DNA of 32,000 nucleotides, from the NCBI RefSeq assembly GCF_000148385.1, contig NC_014537.1, forward strand, positions 1,410,001 through 1,442,000, read 5' to 3'. The stretch is from Vulcanisaeta distributa DSM 14429 (GTDB lineage Archaea > Thermoproteota > Thermoprotei > Thermoproteales > Thermocladiaceae). The translations under genes and the position numbers were made by a program. Below the pieces are notes generated by a model. That model was given only the letters and a program-made list of their open reading frames with translations, was not told the origin of the DNA and searched no databases. Position 1 is the first letter of the stretch. Every line of letters starts with the position of its first letter. Positions 7,488 through 16,817 of the stretch are shown piece after piece.

Positions 7488-7491
7488 ACAA

Positions 7492-8514
7492 TCATCTTCG
7501 GCATTTCTCACGAATTACGTTAATTATTATCTTCATGGCCTTCTCAAAGTCATCCTTATTAATTGATCCTAAACCAATCCTAACGCCATCATCCCTACCA
7601 AAGTACTGCCCGGGTACTGTTAGGACATCCCTACTCAGTAATTCATTGGCGAGTGAGCTCCCTGTAATATCTTCGCACATAACCCTCATGTAGAATATGG
7701 GCATGTACTCCACGTAACTAATATCGACGTAATCCTTTATTTCATGTATCATACTCCTCATCGCATCCACATTCGGAATTATTATACTCAAATTCCTCTC
7801 CCTAACCCAGCCCCTATTCCTAATGAGTATTGAGGCATACCTAAGGTTAAGGTCAATAACAAGCGGGCTCACCAGGTCGATTATCCCGTTAATTTCCCTT
7901 ATCACCTTATCATCACCAACCACCCAACCAACCTTGAGCTCTCTCATTGTGTAAAACTTAGATGTGCTAAAGGTAAAGACCACATTCTCCATGGGTAGGT
8001 CCCTGAGATTATTCTCCACGAACTCCAGGAATATCGAGTCAATAATGGCATAAGCACCCTTCCTTCTCAATTCATCACTCAACTCCCAAAGAAACTTACT
8101 ACTAAGGAATACGCCAAGCGGATTATTAGGATTTGAGAAAAAGAGGGCCGAGCCCTTCTCAATATGATTAAGCAATTCAGTTAGTGATCCATTAATTCTC
8201 AACTCATTTTGCCTTAAACGTAGGAACCTTGGTAATACCCTTATTGGTTCATACTCGGGTATCACGGTGGTTACCTTCTCAATCAATCCTAATTCTCTCA
8301 ATGCCGTCAATGCAGCGAAGTTGCCTTCCTGCGTACCATGAGTAATCGCTAAATTTCTCTTATCAACGCCATAAACACTCATTAAATCCTCAATGAAATT
8401 ACCAGCCCCACCAAGCCTTACTACATCATCCAGTGGTATAGGCGTAACGCCACTACTCGACACGTCATACCTCGCCTTATGGGCTCGTAACCACGTGAAG
8501 TGACCTATTTCCAC
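7492..8514 (-). CDS. class I/II pyridoxal-phosphate-dependent aminotransferase
   Basis: NPNNPLG (the NPxNPxG motif), the TFSTSKF PLP-lysine motif, and a C-terminal VRIGLG. GTG start. Confidence 0.85.
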   Translation of the reverse strand: MEIGHFTWLRAHKARYDVSSSGVTPIPLDDVVRLGGAGNFIEDLMSVYGVDKRNLAITHGTQEGNFAALTALRELGLIEKVTTVIPEYEPIRVLPRFLRLRQNELRINGSLTELLNHIEKGSALFFSNPNNPLGVFLSSKFLWELSDELRRKGAYAIIDSIFLEFVENNLRDLPMENVVFTFSTSKFYTMRELKVGWVVGDDKVIREINGIIDLVSPLVIDLNLRYASILIRNRGWVRERNLSIIIPNVDAMRSMIHEIKDYVDISYVEYMPIFYMRVMCEDITGSSLANELLSRDVLTVPGQYFGRDDGVRIGLGSINKDDFEKAMKIIINVIREKCRR

Positions 8515-8596
8515 GGTTTAAACGATAGCGCCTCATTATTTATTAATAATACCCACCTCAGGTAAATCTAAAATACCGTGCATTAATTGTTAAGTT

Positions 8597-10171
8597 ATGG
8601 CGCACGAGAAGGAGTTTATCCTCGTTATTGACCAGGGAACCACTGGTACGAGGGCTGTATTGATTTCGAGGAATGGCTCAATAATGGGGTATGCATATCA
8701 TGAGCACACGCAGATTTATCCTAGGCCTGCGTGGGTTGAGCATAACCCACTGGAGATTTGGGAGAAGACTAAGCTCGTGATTAAGGAGGTCCTTGAGTAT
8801 ACTAGGGTTGATCCGAGGAAAATAGCGGCTATTGGAGTTACTAATCAGCGTGAGACCACAGTTATTTGGGATCCGAGGAATGGTCAACCGGTCTATAACG
8901 CCATTGTTTGGCAGGACAGAAGAACATCATCTATGGTTGATTACCTGAAGCAGAATTACCTGGGTGTGATTCAGGAGAGGACAGGCCTCGTTCCAGACGC
9001 CTATTTCTCTGGGTCAAAGATTTGGTGGCTCCTTGATAATGTACCAGGGCTCAGGGATAGGGCTAGGAAAGGTGAGGTGGTCTTTGGCACTATCGATACC
9101 TGGTTAATTTGGAACTTAACCAGAGGTAATAAGGACGTGCTAACGCCCGAGAGGGGTGGTGCCCACGTCACTGACTACAGTAATGCGTCTAGGACCATGA
9201 TATTCAATATTCACAGGCTTGACTGGGATGATGAACTGCTTGAGATTGAGGGTAAGATACCCAGGGACATACTGCCCTTACCAAGGCCATCAAGTGATAG
9301 GAGGATATACGGCTATACAGGCCCTGAAGTTTCCCAACTACTTGGTGGCGTAAGTATCCCAGTCTGTGGTGATGCTGGTGATCAGCAAGCGGCATTGTTT
9401 GGGCAGGTTGGTTTCGATGTTGGCGAGGTTAAGTCAACATACGGTACTGGTAATTTCATACTAATGAATATCGGGGACACACCAGTAAGATCTAAGGCAA
9501 ATCTATTAACCACTATTTACTACTCCATTGAGGAGGGTAAGGCTAAGTACGCACTTGAGGGTAGCATATTTATCACTGGGGCTGCTGTGCAGTGGTTGAG
9601 GGATGGCCTTAAGATAATAGAGGTTTCCGACGAGATAGAGCCATTGGCCGCATCAGCTAACGATACAGGCGGTGTTTACTTCGTGCCAGCCTTCACGGGG
9701 CTCGGTGCGCCGTATTGGGATCAGTATGCCCGTGGGCTTATAATAGGCATTACACGTGGTACAGAGAGAAAGCACATTGCCAGGGCTGTCCTTGAGGCGA
9801 TAGCGTACCTAAACAGGGATGTTCTTGAGGCCATGATGAGCGATACGGGGATTAGGATACCTAGGATTAAGGTTGATGGCGGTGCTGCTAGGAATAACTT
9901 CCTAATGCAGTTCCAAGCTGACATAACGGGTATTGAAGTCTGGAGGCCGGTGATCTTTGAAACAACATCGCTAGGCGCAGGCTATCTAGCAGGTTTAGCA
10001 GTTGGTCTTTGGAAGAGTTTAGATGAAATTGCCAGGAACTGGAAATTGGACAGGGTATTTAAGCCAAGGATGGACTTGGAAACGAGGGAGCGTTTATATA
10101 GGGGTTGGAGGGCAGCCGTACAAAGAGCCTTGGGCTGGGCTAAGGAAGTTCCGTGGGCTTATGGATTATAG
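8597..10171 (+). CDS. glpK: glycerol kinase
   Basis: FGGY-family signatures are present: [76 protein letters not shown]. Confidence 0.95.
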   Translation: MAHEKEFILVIDQGTTGTRAVLISRNGSIMGYAYHEHTQIYPRPAWVEHNPLEIWEKTKLVIKEVLEYTRVDPRKIAAIGVTNQRETTVIWDPRNGQPVYNAIVWQDRRTSSMVDYLKQNYLGVIQERTGLVPDAYFSGSKIWWLLDNVPGLRDRARKGEVVFGTIDTWLIWNLTRGNKDVLTPERGGAHVTDYSNASRTMIFNIHRLDWDDELLEIEGKIPRDILPLPRPSSDRRIYGYTGPEVSQLLGGVSIPVCGDAGDQQAALFGQVGFDVGEVKSTYGTGNFILMNIGDTPVRSKANLLTTIYYSIEEGKAKYALEGSIFITGAAVQWLRDGLKIIEVSDEIEPLAASANDTGGVYFVPAFTGLGAPYWDQYARGLIIGITRGTERKHIARAVLEAIAYLNRDVLEAMMSDTGIRIPRIKVDGGAARNNFLMQFQADITGIEVWRPVIFETTSLGAGYLAGLAVGLWKSLDEIARNWKLDRVFKPRMDLETRERLYRGWRAAVQRALGWAKEVPWAYGL

Positions 10172-10285
10172 ATAGAAATATAGAATATAAGGTAATTATA
10201 TATTTATACCGCTTTTATTAATAGTAAAAATATTATGAGGAGAAATTATAATGAATTAAATAAATAGAGATAACACTTAAAAATA

Positions 10286-11725
10286 ATGTTCATCAATTTT
10301 CTCCATATGGATGGTCAGGGGTTACCTAAAAGAAGTACATATACGGTTTTGTCAGCGATGGGTTATTTTTTGGATGGTTATGATCTTAGCGTGATCAGTG
10401 TTTTCACATATGCCCTTCTTCAGTACAAGTTCTGGCATTACACGAGCTTGGAACTGGGCTTTGTGAGTGGTGCCGCGTTATTGGGTGCTATGGTTGGTGC
10501 GATAATTTTTGGTCATTATTCTGATAGACTTGGTCGTAGGTACCTATATATCTGGGATTTGTTATTTTTCGTGATATTTGCCATACTTAGTGCTATTGCT
10601 AATAATATTATTCAATTAATTACTTTTAGATTTTTTGTTGGTTGGGGTGTTGGTGCTGATTATTCGCTGAGTCCTGTGTACGCTACTGAGATGTATCCAA
10701 CGGGTAGAAGGGGTATGGGCTATGGCTGGGTTTGGTCCTTCTGGAGTATTGGAGCATTAGTTTCCTTCTTGATTGGGTATTATTTCTATATTTGGAACCC
10801 CATCATTGGATGGCGCTGGGCTCTCGGTCTCGGCGCTGTACCAGCCCTAGTTACTGTAGTACTAAGGGCCAGCATGCCTGAGTCTTCGAGATGGAGAGTT
10901 GCTGTACAGGGTACTGAGGATGCTGTTGCGGAGGCAAAGAGACTTTCTGTAGTTACTGGCCTAACCGAAGAGGAGTTGAGTAAATTAATAGAAATTGAGA
11001 GAAAACTGATGGACCAGGTAAAACCAGGTGATTGGCGCTGGCTATTCAAAGATGACTTTGCCAAAAGAACAGCCATTGTATGGACACAATGGATACTATA
11101 TGATATTGGTGCCTATGGATTTGGGCTATACTCACCTGCAATACTTGCAATGCTAGGATTTAAGGGGGCGCTGGCTATACTTCTTTCGTCATTGTTATAT
11201 GTACCTGGCTTTTTAGGCGCTTTAGGTGCGGCATTTCTAAATGATATTTGGGGAAGAAGGAGGTTACAGTTGATAGGCTTTGGCGGTTCAGCCCTTGGCA
11301 TGCTATTCGTTGCTTTAGCTGCCATTTGGCAGAGTATGTTTGCATTATTAGCATTAGTTATTGGTGTCATAGGGCTCATACTGTGGTATGGTATTGGTAA
11401 TCTAGGCCCAGGAAATACAATGGGGCTTTATGCAATTGAGCTATTCCCAACAAAATTAAGGTCAACATCTATGGGCTCTGCCACGGCGATAACTAGGTTC
11501 GTATCATTCTTAAGCGCCTTTGAATTTCCATACATTGCGTTAGCCATTGGTAAGTTAACATTCTTTGAATTCTTATTTGCTGTTACACTTTTTGCGTTTG
11601 TTTTCACGATATTCTTTACGCCAGAAACTAAGGGTATTCCTCTTGAATTAATAGCAATAGCTAGGACTAAATCGCCGAGTTTGCACCCAAGACTTGAAAT
11701 TCCAGGTATCGAGAGACATCAGTAA
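10286..11725 (+). CDS. MFS transporter, sugar-porter/phosphate:H+ symporter-like
   Basis: Twelve predicted hydrophobic helices. Motifs are GYFLDGYDLSVISV (Pho84/Git1-like N-terminus), DRLGRR, PESSRW and PETKG. An alternative start is ATG 10306. Confidence 0.85.
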   Translation: MFINFLHMDGQGLPKRSTYTVLSAMGYFLDGYDLSVISVFTYALLQYKFWHYTSLELGFVSGAALLGAMVGAIIFGHYSDRLGRRYLYIWDLLFFVIFAILSAIANNIIQLITFRFFVGWGVGADYSLSPVYATEMYPTGRRGMGYGWVWSFWSIGALVSFLIGYYFYIWNPIIGWRWALGLGAVPALVTVVLRASMPESSRWRVAVQGTEDAVAEAKRLSVVTGLTEEELSKLIEIERKLMDQVKPGDWRWLFKDDFAKRTAIVWTQWILYDIGAYGFGLYSPAILAMLGFKGALAILLSSLLYVPGFLGALGAAFLNDIWGRRRLQLIGFGGSALGMLFVALAAIWQSMFALLALVIGVIGLILWYGIGNLGPGNTMGLYAIELFPTKLRSTSMGSATAITRFVSFLSAFEFPYIALAIGKLTFFEFLFAVTLFAFVFTIFFTPETKGIPLELIAIARTKSPSLHPRLEIPGIERHQ

Positions 11726-12492
11726 TGTTTAATTACTATAATTATTTTAAGTTAAAACGAAAGGCTATGGTTTTGGTCTTTGGGCATAGGGGTGCCATGG
11801 GTTATGCCCCTGAGAATACATTGCCCTCGTTTAAGATGGCAATTGATATGGGTGTTGATGGTGTCGAGCTTGATGTTCACATGACTAGGGATGGGGAGGT
11901 AGTTGTCATTCATGACTTCACGGTTGATAGAACGACAAATGGTAGAGGTTTTATTAAGGACTTGACTCTGGCTGAGATTAAGAAGCTTGATGCCAGTGCG
12001 CGGTTCGGCGGTAAGTGGCGTGGTGTTGCTGTTCCAACGCTTGAGGAGGTGTTTAGGGAGTTTGGTAGGAGGATTAAGTATAAGGTTGAGATTAAGCGTG
12101 GTGGTGATTATTACCCTGGTATTGAGAGGAGGGTTGTCGAGTTGATTAGGAGGTATGGCGTGGATGCCCAGGTTATTTCCTTTGACTTTGACGCCCTGAG
12201 TAATGTTAGGGCTATTGATAAGGACATAGAGATTGGCATAATATTTATTGGCAGGATTTCCTGGTTCATCGACATTGCCAAGAAGTTGAATGCACAGTGG
12301 CTTCATGCATCCCATGACTTAATTGACGAGAGGGGTATTGAGATGGCGCATAGGCTTGGGTTGAAGGTCGGTGCCTGGACTGTGAATGATGAGGAGGAGG
12401 CGAGGCGCCTCGTTGATATGGGCGTTGATGACATTACGAGTAACTACCCAGACAGGATTTTACGTGTTGTTAAGACCGGTAAGGTGATTTAG
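11725..12492 (+). CDS. glycerophosphodiester phosphodiesterase
   Basis: GDPD signatures VFGHRGAMGYAPENTLPSF and VELDVHMTRDGEVVVIHD. The ATG overlaps the MFS stop (TAATG). An alternative start is Met-15 at 11767. Confidence 0.9.
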   Translation: MFNYYNYFKLKRKAMVLVFGHRGAMGYAPENTLPSFKMAIDMGVDGVELDVHMTRDGEVVVIHDFTVDRTTNGRGFIKDLTLAEIKKLDASARFGGKWRGVAVPTLEEVFREFGRRIKYKVEIKRGGDYYPGIERRVVELIRRYGVDAQVISFDFDALSNVRAIDKDIEIGIIFIGRISWFIDIAKKLNAQWLHASHDLIDERGIEMAHRLGLKVGAWTVNDEEEARRLVDMGVDDITSNYPDRILRVVKTGKVI

Positions 12493-12495
12493 CAC

Positions 12496-13785
12496 ATGGA
12501 GTTTGACATAGCCGTAATTGGTGGTGGAGTTAACGGGGTATTCACGGCACTGGATTTAGCCCTTAGGGGACTGAAGGTAGTGTTGCTTGAGAGGGGGGTC
12601 GTTGGTGGTGGGACGTCGGGTAAAATGCATGGTTTACTGCATAGTGGTGCTAGGTACGTGGTTACTGATCCTAAGGCTGCTGTTGAGTGCGCGGAGGAGA
12701 ATAGGATAATCGCCAGGGTAGCCCCTCACGTGGTTGATGATACTGGTGGTTACTTCGTGGCAATTACTAAGGAGGACCTGGACTTCCAAGACGAATTCAT
12801 TAATGGATTAAAGAGGGCCAATATTGATTATAGGATCATTGATGTTAGGGAAGCCATTAGGGAGGAGCCTAACCTGAACCCTGAGGTTAAGGCCGTCGTC
12901 GAGGTTCCTGATAAGGTTGTGTATGCGAGGGAATTGTTAATGAGCGCCGCCATTTCGGCATACATCGAGGGTGCGTTAATTATTCAGGATGCAGAGGTGG
13001 TGGGCTTTGATGTTAATGGTGATGAAATAACAAGTGCGAGGGTTAAGGATCATGTTAAAGGCGATATTAGGCGTGTTAATGCGAGGGTATTCGTTAATGC
13101 GGCTGGTCCTTGGGCTGGGAAGGTGGCTGGTATGGCTGGTATAAGCGTTGATGTCATGCCTACGATGGGTGTTATGGTAGTTTACAGGCATAGGCTAACG
13201 AGGAGGGTTATCAATAGGATGAGGCCTCCATCCGATGGCGATATACTCGTGCCTTATGGTTCGGTATCTATCATGGGGACCACGGCAGTCATTATTGAGG
13301 ATCCCGACAACATCACAATAACTAAGGACGACATCGAATTCCTAACATCAGAGGGCTCTCAAATGGTTCCTGCATTGACCAGGGAACCCATTGTTAGGGC
13401 TTACGCATCGGTTAGGCCGTTAATAAGTATGCCAGGGGCTACGGGTAGGGAAGCTACTAGGGACTTCATGGTTGTGGGTCATGAAAAACCGAGAAACCTG
13501 GTCTCGGTCATTGGTGGTAAGTTCACCACGGGAAGGTTAGTCGGTGAGAAGTTGGCCGATGAGGTTTCGAAGATTCTGGGTGTGAATAAGGCATCGAGGA
13601 CCAGGGATTACACATTATTCGGCGCTGACTTGAGCATTAATATTAAGGATTTAGATCCTGAGACAGCCTCAATTATTAAGTCGTTTAGGGGGAGTATTGA
13701 TGAGGAGAGGGGTTTGATCGCATCGTTATCGTTAATAGTTCAACATATCACCCGTAGGAGTAGGTCGTTAATTGGGTGGTCCTGA
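12496..13785 (+). CDS. FAD-dependent glycerol-3-phosphate dehydrogenase (GlpA/GlpD-like, short form)
   Basis: The N-terminal FAD fold is FDIAVIGGGVNGVFTALDLALRGLKVVLLE. Also GTSGKMHGLLHSGARY and the genomic context with glpK and GDPD. Confidence 0.85.
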   Translation: MEFDIAVIGGGVNGVFTALDLALRGLKVVLLERGVVGGGTSGKMHGLLHSGARYVVTDPKAAVECAEENRIIARVAPHVVDDTGGYFVAITKEDLDFQDEFINGLKRANIDYRIIDVREAIREEPNLNPEVKAVVEVPDKVVYARELLMSAAISAYIEGALIIQDAEVVGFDVNGDEITSARVKDHVKGDIRRVNARVFVNAAGPWAGKVAGMAGISVDVMPTMGVMVVYRHRLTRRVINRMRPPSDGDILVPYGSVSIMGTTAVIIEDPDNITITKDDIEFLTSEGSQMVPALTREPIVRAYASVRPLISMPGATGREATRDFMVVGHEKPRNLVSVIGGKFTTGRLVGEKLADEVSKILGVNKASRTRDYTLFGADLSINIKDLDPETASIIKSFRGSIDEERGLIASLSLIVQHITRRSRSLIGWS

Positions 13786-14255
13786 TGTCAAGTGAACTGC
13801 ATTATAATGGTTCGTTCACAATAAGTAAGGCGCCCAGTGATGTTTTAAATTTCATAACCGACTTATCTAGGGCGATAACCTGCATACCAAATATTGTTAA
13901 TTACGAGGTGCTTAATAAGGATAGGGTTAGGGCTAGGTTTAGGGTTGACCTGGGCAATGAAGTCCCTATTGCCGAGTTAAGGAGGATAACAACGGATGCA
14001 ATTATAGAATTAATTAGCCAGTCAGGTAATGAGATTAAGTATAGAGTTGATGGTCGGGCCGCGGGTAGTACAATAAGTGTACTACTGACTATAAGGGTTA
14101 ACGGGTCAGGTAATGACTCTAGGATTGACTGGGATGCCGTGGCAAGTCTAGGTAGGCTTCTTCAGCTAATGAGTAAGTTCGTAAATATTGATTCCCTGGT
14201 TAAGAGGATTTCCGAGGATACTATTCACGGATTTATAGAGTGCCTGTTGAGGTAA
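13776..14255 (+). CDS. CoxG/SRPBCC-like protein, probable G3PDH partner
   Basis: The CoxG-like pattern is GSFTISKAPSDVLNFITDLSRAITCIPNIV...RARFRVDLG...DWDAVASLGRLLQLMSKFV. It overlaps the G3PDH stop. The likely real start is ATG 13785 (TGATG overlap). Confidence 0.6.
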   Translation: MVLMSSELHYNGSFTISKAPSDVLNFITDLSRAITCIPNIVNYEVLNKDRVRARFRVDLGNEVPIAELRRITTDAIIELISQSGNEIKYRVDGRAAGSTISVLLTIRVNGSGNDSRIDWDAVASLGRLLQLMSKFVNIDSLVKRISEDTIHGFIECLLR

Positions 14256-14305
14256 GTAGTTTATTTATCTCGTAAATTTAAAAGTAGTATTTCAATAATT
14301 ATTTC

Positions 14306-15139
14306 ATGACTCAGAGGGTTGAGGATAGGGTTTTGCTTGGCACGGGCATTAATGCCTATTACAGGTGTTGGTTGGCCGATAAGCCTTTAGGCATTGTAAT
14401 TGGGGTTCATGGCTTCGCAGAGCATAGTGGTAGGTATAATGACTTCGGTAATTACCTATCAAGTAATGGGTACTCACTATGTATGGAGGATTTGAGGGGT
14501 CATGGGTTAACGGCAGGTCCTCGGGACCTCGGTTATGTGGATAGCTTCGACCTATTCCTAAACGACCTCGAGGAATTCATAGAACTAATGCTTAAGAGGA
14601 CTGGCTTTAGCTCGGCGTTTCTATTCGGCCACTCAATGGGAGGCCTAATAGTGCTTCATTACCTTGGTAGGATAAGTAAGGGAGTTCGTGCAGCGATAAC
14701 CAGCGGTGCTGCCGCAATAGTCAATGTTAGTACTGGTTCCTGGCTTATGCTATCATTACTCAATACATTAGCGCCAAGGCATAGACTGAACCTACCAATA
14801 AACCCTGAGTTTTTAACGCATGATAAGAGGATTGTGGAGGAGTACGTAAATGACCCACTCGTATTTAAGAAGCCGACGGTCAGAATACTGTATGAGCTTG
14901 TTAGGGCGTCGAGGAGTGTTTGGAAGTATATCGATAACATATCGGTGCCCATAATGATGATGCATGGTGGTGAGGACAAGATAGTGCCTCCAAGGGCCAC
15001 TCAGGAAGTGTTCAGTAGGTTGAGGGTCGGTGATAAGGCTATGAAGGTCTATGATGGCATGTACCATGAAATACTAAATGAGTTAAATAAAAATGTGGTT
15101 TATGAGGACGTGCTAAGTTGGTTGAAGGCCCATACCTAG
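14306..15139 (+). CDS. alpha/beta hydrolase, lysophospholipase/monoacylglycerol lipase family
   Basis: Oxyanion HGFAEHSGRY, nucleophile elbow GHSMGG, and a C-terminal HGGEDKIV...MYHE completing the catalytic triad pattern. Confidence 0.8.
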   Translation: MTQRVEDRVLLGTGINAYYRCWLADKPLGIVIGVHGFAEHSGRYNDFGNYLSSNGYSLCMEDLRGHGLTAGPRDLGYVDSFDLFLNDLEEFIELMLKRTGFSSAFLFGHSMGGLIVLHYLGRISKGVRAAITSGAAAIVNVSTGSWLMLSLLNTLAPRHRLNLPINPEFLTHDKRIVEEYVNDPLVFKKPTVRILYELVRASRSVWKYIDNISVPIMMMHGGEDKIVPPRATQEVFSRLRVGDKAMKVYDGMYHEILNELNKNVVYEDVLSWLKAHT

Positions 15140-16120
15140 TTCGCCGCAGTTCCTGTACGCGTCAATTACCGCCTTTAAATCACGTAGCGCCACTTCAGGT
15201 GGCATTGGGACATCAGTGTTATTGATTACTGACTGTATGAAGAGCTCAATCTCCCTTTCAACCGCGTTTATCCTCTCAACGTTTATCCTTTCCTGCCTTC
15301 CATCAATATTAATTATTAAGTCACCGTATGGTTTACCAGGTACACGACTACCTGGGTCCTCCATTATGAATCCATGCTCGCCATAGATCTCAAAGGCCGA
15401 TGCCCTATCACCACCAGGCGCTGACCAGGAATAAAGCAGGATACCCACGGCGCCATTTCTAAACCTAAATATTGATACACTGATGTCCTCACCCTCGAGC
15501 CCGGCAAAGCCGCGTGTGCACACAGATTTTACCTCAATATAGTCGCCACCGAGATTAAGTAACGTATCTACATAGTGAATACCACCATCAATAAGCGCAC
15601 CACCACCCATCAACTCCCTAACCCTCCTCCAACCACCCGGCGAATTATACTGAAGCTTCCTAACAATAATCATTGAGACCCTACCCAATTGACTCATTAA
15701 TTCCCTTGCCCTCCACACTGATGGGTCGAAGTAGTGGTTCTCTAGGACCATGAATTTCCTACCACTTGACTTAGCAACATTTATTATGCTCATAGCCTCC
15801 TCAATAGTCCTTGCTATTGGTTTCTCAAGCATAACATGCTTACCTGCCTCAAGCGCGGCTATGCTCATGGGCATGTGGGCATCATGACTAACAACAAGGT
15901 CTACTATATCCACGTCGGACCTAAGTACATCACTATATCTCGTGAAATAACCACTGGCATCATACTCCCTATGGCAATCCCTAGCGAATTCCTCGGTCCT
16001 ACTAAACACGTAAACCTCCAACCCATACCTATCACGCAATTTTGATAGTGCATTTAGATGAACCTTACCAAAACCCCTACACCCAACGACTGCGATTTTA
16101 AGGACCATTAGTAATGCCAT
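15113..16120 (-). CDS. Gfo/Idh/MocA-family NAD(P)-dependent oxidoreductase
   Basis: N-terminal Rossmann KIAVVGCRGFGKVHLNAL and the EKP motif (MLEKPIART). Size is about 335 aa. Confidence 0.8.
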   Translation of the reverse strand: MALLMVLKIAVVGCRGFGKVHLNALSKLRDRYGLEVYVFSRTEEFARDCHREYDASGYFTRYSDVLRSDVDIVDLVVSHDAHMPMSIAALEAGKHVMLEKPIARTIEEAMSIINVAKSSGRKFMVLENHYFDPSVWRARELMSQLGRVSMIIVRKLQYNSPGGWRRVRELMGGGALIDGGIHYVDTLLNLGGDYIEVKSVCTRGFAGLEGEDISVSIFRFRNGAVGILLYSWSAPGGDRASAFEIYGEHGFIMEDPGSRVPGKPYGDLIINIDGRQERINVERINAVEREIELFIQSVINNTDVPMPPEVALRDLKAVIDAYRNCGELGMGLQPT

Positions 16121-16129
16121 TGTATGTCA

Positions 16130-16762
16130 TTATTTAAGGGATTTCCTCGCGAACACCTTCCTCGGATCAACCCTGTAAAACACCCTACCAGCCCCGTGGA
16201 GTGGTATGTTTGTCTTACTAAAGTCGATACTCCACTCATCGGCAATTCCAGGCTTCACCTTAACCTTCAGCACCTCAAACACGAACAACGTGCTCTCACC
16301 AACATCCAGCCTATTCATGACTCTCGTCTCATATACGGCAATAGCATCCCTCCAAGTCGGTACCTTAATAACGTCGCTCGGCACCAATTGTATCTGGAAC
16401 TCCCTTATCTTATCCACATCCTTACCTGAGACAGAACCGAGTTGATAAATCAAGTCTACCTGGTCAATACTCGGTATATTAATTGTGGCCTCAGGGTGAT
16501 GATTAAGGCACTGGTATGTGAAGGCCTCCCTATAAACGGCCACACCAATCGTCGGCGGTTCCTCTGATATTGGTAAATTCCAACTGGCTGGCATGGCATT
16601 AACCCTATCGCCAGGGCACAGCGTGATTAACAGTATTGTGGGCCTTGGGTGCAGTAATCTATAAAACACGCCTTTATACTCTATGAACGACACACATAGG
16701 GACTCTACGGCATTTAAAAGCTTAGTTCCTCGTCTCTCAATATTATTCATGTATTTTACCAA
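16130..16762 (-). CDS. flavin reductase-like FMN-binding split-barrel protein
   Basis: RPTILLITLCPGDRVNAMPASWNLPISEEPPTIGVAV matches the flavin reductase-like domain pattern. It lies 9 nt downstream of the oxidoreductase gene on the same strand. Confidence 0.72.
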   Translation of the reverse strand: MVKYMNNIERRGTKLLNAVESLCVSFIEYKGVFYRLLHPRPTILLITLCPGDRVNAMPASWNLPISEEPPTIGVAVYREAFTYQCLNHHPEATINIPSIDQVDLIYQLGSVSGKDVDKIREFQIQLVPSDVIKVPTWRDAIAVYETRVMNRLDVGESTLFVFEVLKVKVKPGIADEWSIDFSKTNIPLHGAGRVFYRVDPRKVFARKSLK

Positions 16763-16817
16763 GCATTACCAATTATTGTGAGTATGTGGTAATTTTATTT
16801 CGTAGTGCTAATGATAA

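Noticed and set aside
8541-8548. Palindromic TATTAATA shared by the glpK promoter (8541-8548) and the MFS promoter (10216-10223), considered as a common glycerol-regulon operator
   Set aside because: An 8-mer made only of A/T in AT-rich promoter DNA is expected by chance and may simply be TATA-box sequence.
11752-12315. 187-aa ORF antisense to the GDPD gene
   Set aside because: The sense strand carries clear GDPD motifs. The antisense translation has no motif and a skewed composition, so it is a shadow ORF.
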